Below, piece after piece: positions 10,711 through 17,217 of a stretch of DNA of 19,323 nt. The translations under genes were made by a program, and so were the position numbers. Position 1 is the first letter of the stretch, and the number at the start of each line of letters is the position of its first letter. Source of the stretch: Adineta steineri (Eukaryota); assembly GCA_905250115.1 (NCBI GenBank), contig CAJNOI010000004.1:272871-292193 (forward strand), read 5' to 3'. The notes below the pieces were generated by a model. The model did not search any database, had not been told where the DNA came from, and saw nothing but the letters and a program-made list of their open reading frames with translations.

Positions 10711-10755
10711 AGTGTGAGTGTACTATGCTCTTATCTTACCCACACCGACCTATCC
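10711..10755. repeat. GT-rich/CA-rich foldback element (copy 5, degenerate)
   Basis: AGTGTGAGTGTACTATGCTC...TTACCCACACCGACCTATCCT. Confidence 0.4.
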
Positions 10756-11149
10756 TCAAGATGGTCAATTCTACATCAAATACATCATGAGCTCTGAATC
10801 TCATTGTCGACCGCTGATACGATCCCTTGAGCAAAGAAATGAAAACGCTGCAAGTGTATGTGCGCTTCCTATACGAACCATAAATGCTAGTGGTGCAATA
10901 CACCATTCACGCATACACACGTGTACGAATAAGAGCGAAACAATCTAGTGACGTGGCAAGAATAGATTCTGTAACGTCTATATGCCACTAACATTGCTTT
11001 TTCGAACTCACTGTAAGTATTGAATGCAAGTTTAGATATAGACTGTTAGCCTTCTCAACACAGACATATCAAATGTGATTATAAGATCGTAAGTGAAGAG
11101 GTGTAAGTATTAACCTATCCCTAATCTTAATCCTGTTCATTCCTTCAGA

Positions 11150-11780
11150 AGTTCTGGAAGACCCTTTCAGGATTCTGAATCACAAGGGTCTCGTCAAGCT
11201 TTACTTAGGATTCTATTTCGAATCCTAATAAGTCTTCTTTCCAGGGTTTTTCAAGGCGAAACAGGATCATACACAGGATTTGTTCAAGTACCTGCTTCGA
11301 TATTTTTCTGAGTTGCAAATATAAGATACTACCAGGATTTACTCAAGATCCTGTCAACGATTCTCTAAAGATTTTGAAAACGAGTTCTGACAAGATTTTA
11401 TCAGGTTTCCGCCAAGTTCTAGGTAAAATCTTTCCACCAGAATTCTGTCAAGAATGATAGCTACATCAGACAAAGACCTTAGCGAGAAAATAACAAGATC
11501 AGTCAGAATACTAAACTGACTAGTCCCACAGAGCTTCACTCAGGATCTTGTTTAAAACTTTTTAAGAATATACGCTTCCAAACTTTGCGAGACAATGTTA
11601 ACCTTGATCGGAATCTTGATAAGAAAATGTTACGATTTAGCAAAGATCTTCACAGGTTACTGGTTAGTCTATTTAGCCATGTCTACTTCTTTAAACAGAC
11701 TTGAAGAATCTTTCAGAACCGTAAGTTTCAAGGATCCTATCAGATTTGATTTAGGACTCTAAGCAGAATATATTCGAGTT
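11150..11780. repeat. Field of short degenerate motifs (CAGGATTC/CAGGATCTTG/TCAAG and complements)
   Basis: Recurrent TTTCAGGATTCTG, TTAGGATTC, GAATCCTAA, ACAGGATCA, ACAGGATTTGTTCAAG, CCAGGATTTACTCAAGATCCTGTCAA, GACAAGATTTTATCAGG, CTCAGGATCTTG, TTCAAGGATCCTATCAG; includes a perfect 9-bp inverted repeat at 11205..11228 (TTAGGATTC/GAATCCTAA). Confidence 0.5.
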
Positions 11781-11884
11781 CTTATTGAAATTTTCCTCTG
11801 AATTTAGTGTTTAAGATCCGACTAACGATAAGACTGACTGTTAATTCTATCCAAGCATCTGACAACAATCATAAAGAGAACTTT

Positions 11885-11928
11885 GAGGGTGTGAGTGCGT
11901 GTACAGAATAAATCCACACCCACACCCT
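11885..11928. repeat. GT-rich/CA-rich foldback element (copy 6)
   Basis: GAGGGTGTGAGTGCGTGTACAGAATAAATCCACACCCACACCCT; compact hairpin-capable unit. Confidence 0.7.
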
Positions 11929-12158
11929 GTCAATTTATTTAAATGATTTATAAATACAGATAGACGATTTTCAATGTGTGAAATTTTGATATTGATCGTA
12001 TGCATATTTTCATGAAAAAGTAATGAAGACTATGTTTTAGATTTCTTTTTCTCACGCATACAATACACGCAGACGGTAACTGTAATATTTGATTCATAGC
12101 GGTTAATACAGAACAAAATCGTGAATTAATTCTCTCTAAAAGGAATCAGAATTACTGC

Positions 12159-13232
12159 ATGGCACAAGTCTCTTCGACGTCTTTTCTCACTACTTCAAGA
12201 CTGTGTGTTAAATGGAAATGGCAGTCGAACGCAAATCCATGGGCAAGTACTAAATCCAAGAGATGGAGACCCTATTCTGATGTCGAAACGGCAATAATCG
12301 AAGAAGCCTTTCAGAAGAAGCTTCCGAATGTGCTTCTCGATAAATATAGCATTGATTTTGAGCAATTTGTACAAATTTCGAATAACAACATACAGAAACA
12401 ACGACGGGTTAAACGACTGATAAATGACGGACAGAATGAACATGTGAAACTAAGAAAAAAGCGTTTTTTGTCTGATTCAATCCAAACTTCATCACCCTTT
12501 GCGAAGCTAAATCAACAATCTTTTCTCGAGGTGATTCTCGAACGTTTCAATGATCGAAGTGCAGACCCCAATAGTCTTCCAGAAGTTGTTACATTAGCAG
12601 CAGAAGGGCTCATCACTGAAGCAAAGAAGAACAGTGTACAAAAGCAGGGTGAATGGATGGCTGAACAACTTCTCAAAGTGAAAAATGGAACTCGTAATGA
12701 AGTGTGGGAATGTTGCGCTCGTCTTTACTGTATGGAATCGTTTCTCTACCATAAACTGAACGAATGCATGCGACTTGTAAGCGATCCACAGAAAGAGCAA
12801 ATATGGAAGAGCAAAGTGGATACATTAGGTCCATTCGCTCGTCTTCTCCATCGGCTGAAATGGGCTCCACTTCAACAGAATACGTTTACAGTCTATAGAG
12901 GAGCACTTTTGTCTAAAGAAGCAATCGAGCAATATCTTCAGAAAGCATTGGATGGTCAAATTAGAATTAAATTCCCTTCATTTACGTCGACAAGTCGCAA
13001 TCAAGCCAAAGCGGAAATATATGGAAATATGCTGTTTGAAATCACAGTAAGAGATCAAGACGGCTTTGATGTAGTACCCTATTCTAACTTTGATGAAGAA
13101 GAATATTTACTTCATCCCGATCTTCATCTCGATGTTATCTCCTGTATCCATGACAATAACAGTGGAAAATGGGTGGTACATCTCGTAGCTGCGGGCTCCA
13201 GTCAACCAATTGAGACTGAATCATCTTCATAA
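12159..13232 (+). CDS. WWE domain + NAD:arginine-type mono-ADP-ribosyltransferase (R-S-E class), single exon, 357 aa
   Basis: N-terminal WWE-like module (WKWQSNANPW...RWRPYSDVETAIIEEAFQKKLPNVLLDKYSIDFEQFVQISNNNIQKQRRVKR, aa 18-86). C-terminal ART signature: VYRG (R247), FTSTS (S277-T-S), DEEEYLL (E313-E315). Confidence 0.9.
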   Translation: MAQVSSTSFLTTSRLCVKWKWQSNANPWASTKSKRWRPYSDVETAIIEEAFQKKLPNVLLDKYSIDFEQFVQISNNNIQKQRRVKRLINDGQNEHVKLRKKRFLSDSIQTSSPFAKLNQQSFLEVILERFNDRSADPNSLPEVVTLAAEGLITEAKKNSVQKQGEWMAEQLLKVKNGTRNEVWECCARLYCMESFLYHKLNECMRLVSDPQKEQIWKSKVDTLGPFARLLHRLKWAPLQQNTFTVYRGALLSKEAIEQYLQKALDGQIRIKFPSFTSTSRNQAKAEIYGNMLFEITVRDQDGFDVVPYSNFDEEEYLLHPDLHLDVISCIHDNNSGKWVVHLVAAGSSQPIETESSS

Positions 13233-13312
13233 GGTGTGAGTGTGAGTGTGGGCCTTAGTATTATATATAAATATTACACCCCATCCACCAAACCCACAAA
13301 CAGCCACACCCT
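13233..13312. repeat. GT-rich/CA-rich foldback element (copy 7) directly abutting the ART stop codon
   Basis: GGTGTGAGTGTGAGTGTGGGCC...ACACCCCATCCACCAAACCCACAAACAGCCACACCCT; starts at the base after the TAA at 13230-13232. Confidence 0.65.
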
Positions 13313-13523
13313 CAACGATAGAAAACATTAAGATGTATAAAGTTAAATAATTGTTTTATTAGTTTTCGATGGTTATTCATTGAAATAAAATGACTCGCCA
13401 TATTCTATTCACAAGATTATATTCTGAATAGAATAAAATATAAAATTATATAAATGGTGAATGTCATAATACTACAAAAAATTATATCGAAAGCTTTTCT
13501 TGACATAAAACTAATGTTCGTAC

Positions 13524-13989
13524 TAGGGATGTACCGAGCCCGAGCCTTGACCGAGCCTCTCGGGCTCGAGGCTCGGTCAGGCTCGGGCTCGGTAGGCTCG
13601 GGGCTCGGTCAAGGCTCGGTAGGCTCGGGGCTCGGTCAGGGCTCGGGCTCGGTCAGGCTCGGGCTCGGGGCTCGGTCAAGGCTCGGGCTCGGTAGGCTCG
13701 GGGCTCGGTCAGGGCTCGGTAGGCTCGGGCTCGGTCAGGCTCGGGGCTCGGTAGGCTCGGGCTCAGATGTAAGAAATTCACTCCTGCATCCACCTGACAC
13801 CGAGCCTTGACCGAGCCTCGAGTTGTGACCGAGCCTACCGAGCCCGAGCCCTGACCGAGCCCCGAGCCTACCGAGCCCGAGCCCTGACCGAGCCCCGAGC
13901 CTAACCGAGCCCCGAGCCTACCGAGCCCCGAGCCTGACCGAGCCCCGAGCCTACCCGAGCCCGAGAGGCTCGGGCTCGGTACATGCCTA
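13524..13989. mobile_element. Non-autonomous hAT-like MITE/foldback element (466 bp) with GCTCGG minisatellite arms
   Basis: 8-bp direct repeats GTTCGTAC at 13516..13523 and 13990..13997 flank TIRs TAGGGATGTACCGAGCCCGAGCC / GGCTCGGGCTCGGTACATGCCTA (one internal mismatch, G/C at position 5). hAT transposons make 8-bp TSDs and commonly have TAGGG/CAGGG-type termini. Confidence 0.85.
13561..13980. repeat. Opposed GC-rich minisatellite arms: (GGCTCGG/TAGGCTCGGGGCTCGGTCAGG)n on the left, reverse complement on the right, around a unique centre near 13765..13800
   Basis: Left arm GGCTCGGTCAGGCTCGGGCTCGGTAGG...; right arm CCGAGCCTACCGAGCCCGAGCCCTGACCGAGCC...; centre AGATGTAAGAAATTCACTCCTGCATCCACCTGACAC. 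Confidence 0.9.
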
Positions 13990-14382
13990 GTTCGTACTTA
14001 AGACAAACAAAGCTTTAAAATTCTCTTCTTTTAGTTAAAGTAAATTTTCAAATAACTATCTTCTTGAAAAGAATATTACTAAGACGTGATGCAAAGCGAT
14101 ATTTGAAGGTGTGAATAAGAGATAAACGCAACATCTATACCCATATCTTCTGATCAACATGAAACATTTATCTTTCGGAATCATGATGACATGAATATTT
14201 ATTTGATTTTATTTGGTATTATCCGATCCATGCTCAGACGTTTACTGTATTTATTGCGACCCCCAGATTATTTATCTCTCTTTCAATTTAGTTCTGGGCC
14301 CGTTCTTTTCTTCCTGAATTATATATCTGTAGTTAGTGCAACTAATGTGACGATTACACAAGTTGCTATGGATTTGATCTCG

Positions 14383-14446
14383 CTGGATGTAGGTGTAATA
14401 TTTGTAATCATTTTTCACACACATTCACACTCTCATACTCACACCA
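14383..14446. repeat. GT-rich/CA-rich foldback element (copy 8, degenerate)
   Basis: CTGGATGTAGGTGTAAT...TTTTTCACACACATTCACACTCTCATACTCACACC. Confidence 0.4.
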
Positions 14447-14726
14447 TACATACTTTGATTGATGCATTCATTTTAATATGTATCTATCTAATATAATTGA
14501 ATGAATTGATTTATTTGTGCCAGACAGTAACTCTTTATTTTTCACTTTTTGACTAAATTACTTATGGTAAAGCACTTGTTGGTTTAAATTCTTTAGCAAT
14601 GTGTTAGTTTGACTTCATTCTATGTTGTGAACATCAATACGATTTTTCTAGTTTGTTAGATGTGATTAACTAACTCGATAACTTAATAAACATAAATGTA
14701 TAAATAGAATTTTTATTATTGAAACG

Positions 14727-14786
14727 ATGTAAATGGATATGGATGCGACAAAATTCTTATAGCTCTATGCCGACATCCACACCCTT
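14727..14786. repeat. GT-rich/CA-rich foldback element (copy 9, degenerate)
   Basis: GATGTAAATGGATATGGATGCGAC...CTATGCCGACATCCACACCCTT. Confidence 0.35.
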
Positions 14787-16527
14787 AAATTGATATGAAG
14801 TGGTGATGAAGAAATAATATCAGATAATACATTATTATCTGAGACTTGTTCGGAATGAAATTCACGCTTTTTCTTCCTATTTTCATAATATTTCATTGTT
14901 CTTTTAGAATTTCTCTTTTCAATAAAATCAAGAGTTTGTTCGAACTCGAAATCCATATTGAAAATAAAAATAGAATCTTTAATTAAAAACATAATTAAAA
15001 AGTTAAAATTATTTCCTTGCCGATATTTTTATTTTTATATATCTAAACTAATTCAAAAAAAATAAAGTATTCAACATAATAATAGAAATCTTGATCTTTT
15101 CATTACGGAAACATATTCAAGACCTCCAAATTTTATAGAAAATGCATCTTACAATCAGTACACAAAATACAGATGTTCCTAGATATAACGAATGCAAGTT
15201 GAAAAAAACAATTATTAAAATAAAAAAGTTTTGTAAAATCTTTAAAGTGGACGTCAACAATCTACAGAAAGGAGCAAAAAATTTCATTGAATATGATCCA
15301 TATATAATCGATCAGGTTTTTTTGCGAAGATCAATGTAGAATTCATCATAGATGCTCATAGAAAAATTCGGTAAAATCCCATGTTACAATCGGTTATTTA
15401 ACTAAAAATTCATTAGAAGCCAACTTTTAGTCAGTTGAAAAGGCACCATTTTGATTATGATAGCTATTGAATTATTTTAGTCAATTATTCAACTAAGGTC
15501 GATTTCTAATAATCAATGATAATTTAATAATTTTTTCATGTGACGAAAGTGCTATTATCAATGGAAAACAAAGTAATCCCTACCAACGGAAAACAATTTG
15601 AAATTAATGAAATCAAGAAATCAGTTTTCCTCCTTCAGCACTACACAAAAGTTTAATTAGTTTTAAACGCTACTTTGTTTGCCTCACTAAAGTTATTTAA
15701 TATTGAAGTAATTATTTTTTTTTATATTTGCATAAAAACTGTGGTCATTTGATCCTAACAATACATGAAAAACCGAAACAAAAAGAAAAAAAGGCAAAAA
15801 ACATACAACATAGAGTATAATAAAGATCATATGGAAAATTCAAAGTTATAATAGATCAGAACTTGAAAAAGGAACAGATAAAGCATAAGCTTCACTAAAG
15901 AAAGAAAAGGAAAGTATGATGGCAAAAAAACTGAAGAATTCAACGGAATAGACGAAAGCTACTTAACAATTCTCTCCAGAATAAAATGATCAGGGACGAA
16001 TCTTTTTGAAGAAAAATCAAGTTTGTAAATATTTACGCATAAAAATATCGTTTGTTTGAACGCTTGTCTGACTGGGTTATATTTTCCCATAGACATTATT
16101 CATGTTATGCATATGAATCATAAAACAAACAACATCTATGATGAACGATTTTTTCCAGTTTGGTTAAATCAATAGAAAGTATGAGCAATCACACCCGCGA
16201 GCAAAGTGGAAAGAAATTTCCAGCTTGAACAGTATTTATAGACAGAAAAAGATGCAGAAAAAGCATTCACAATTATTTTTGACGTACTATTCACTCAAGA
16301 CAGTCAAGCTTAAATTTTGACAGGTATGTGAATTATAACGTTTTAGTTTTTTCATGGGTTATCTGTTGAATAAAATAAATTACGAGTGGGGGGCTAAGAG
16401 ATTACCCACCATGATGTTTGCCTAATTCCACTTATAATATAAATCAAATGGAAAAGAAAAATTATTAGCATACTTCATACCTATAAAAGTTATTTCATCG
16501 ATTTCTCATTGATATAATTGTAATAAG

Positions 16528-16984
16528 TCAACATTTTACTATAGGTTAGGAAAAGGAAAAAAGAAAAGTTTTCTTTTATCGATTACTCATTTATATAATT
16601 GTGTTAAATGAACACTTTACTGTAGGCTAGAAAAGAAAAAAAGGAACGCTTTTTGAATCCATTTATGATTCATAGAAATGTGTATATAAATGATATAGAT
16701 CAATAATTAATAGTTTGTTTTATTATTTCTTTTCAAAATGAGAACAATCTTCTGAATGTTCATTTATATTATAAGTCGAATTAGACATCTCATGACTCCA
16801 TGACTTAAACAATGTTTGTTGAAGTAAAAATTTTGTCGAGAAATATATCGAGTAGAAACGAGTTAGCCGATATAGTTAAATCAATAGTATAGTTATACGA
16901 AACGATTCTTTCTGAATTTATTGTCAAAAATTCGTTAAAACAGTAAAAGTTTCAACAAATCTTAGCGACAAATTCAACATTTAA
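16528..16984 (+). repeat. Direct repeat copy 2, upstream of the long ORF at 17218
   Basis: Same sequence as 1..425 with scattered substitutions and an extra ~40 bp (TTTTGTCGAGAAATATATCGAGTAGAAACGAGTTAGCCGATATAG...) after GTTTGTTGAAGTAAAAA. Confidence 0.9.
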
Positions 16985-17217
16985 AAAACACTGAACAGTT
17001 CGATGTTTAGACGCTTTTTTTACCGTTTCGTTGTATGCCTAGGTTGGCAGAAAAAGTACATCATGGGCATTTGATGACTCATGAGAAAAAAATACTTGAT
17101 TCCAAGTGGTATATAAACATTGACGAAAAGAGATATATTCATTCACTAAACTATTACCATAGTTTTATAATTTCTTTTTTTCTTTCTTATTCATACCTAT
17201 CATCTATTTTTTAAGAC

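Noticed and set aside
10718-10948. 76-aa ORF MYYALILPTPTYPQDG...
   Set aside because: Starts within a degenerate foldback element; no recognisable domain or splice context.
13454-13810. 118-aa ORF MVNVIIL...EARSGSGSVGSGLGQGSVGSG
   Set aside because: Low-complexity translation of the GCTCGG minisatellite inside the hAT-like element, not a gene.
14191-14496. 101-aa ORF with hydrophobic segments and THSHSHTHT tail
   Set aside because: Tail is translated CA-repeat; hydrophobicity is expected from T-rich DNA. A weak possibility of a relic TM exon remains, but I cannot support it.
15142-15339. 65-aa Lys/Ile-rich ORF
   Set aside because: Short, composition-driven in A-rich DNA, no domain recognised.
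1-16984. Direct repeats at 1..425 and 16528..16984 as LTRs of a 16-kb retroelement or giant transposon
   Set aside because: No TG..CA ends, primer-binding site, polypurine tract, gag/pol or transposase lies between them; the enclosed genes are ordinary host-like genes with introns. Segmental duplication or promoter capture fits better.
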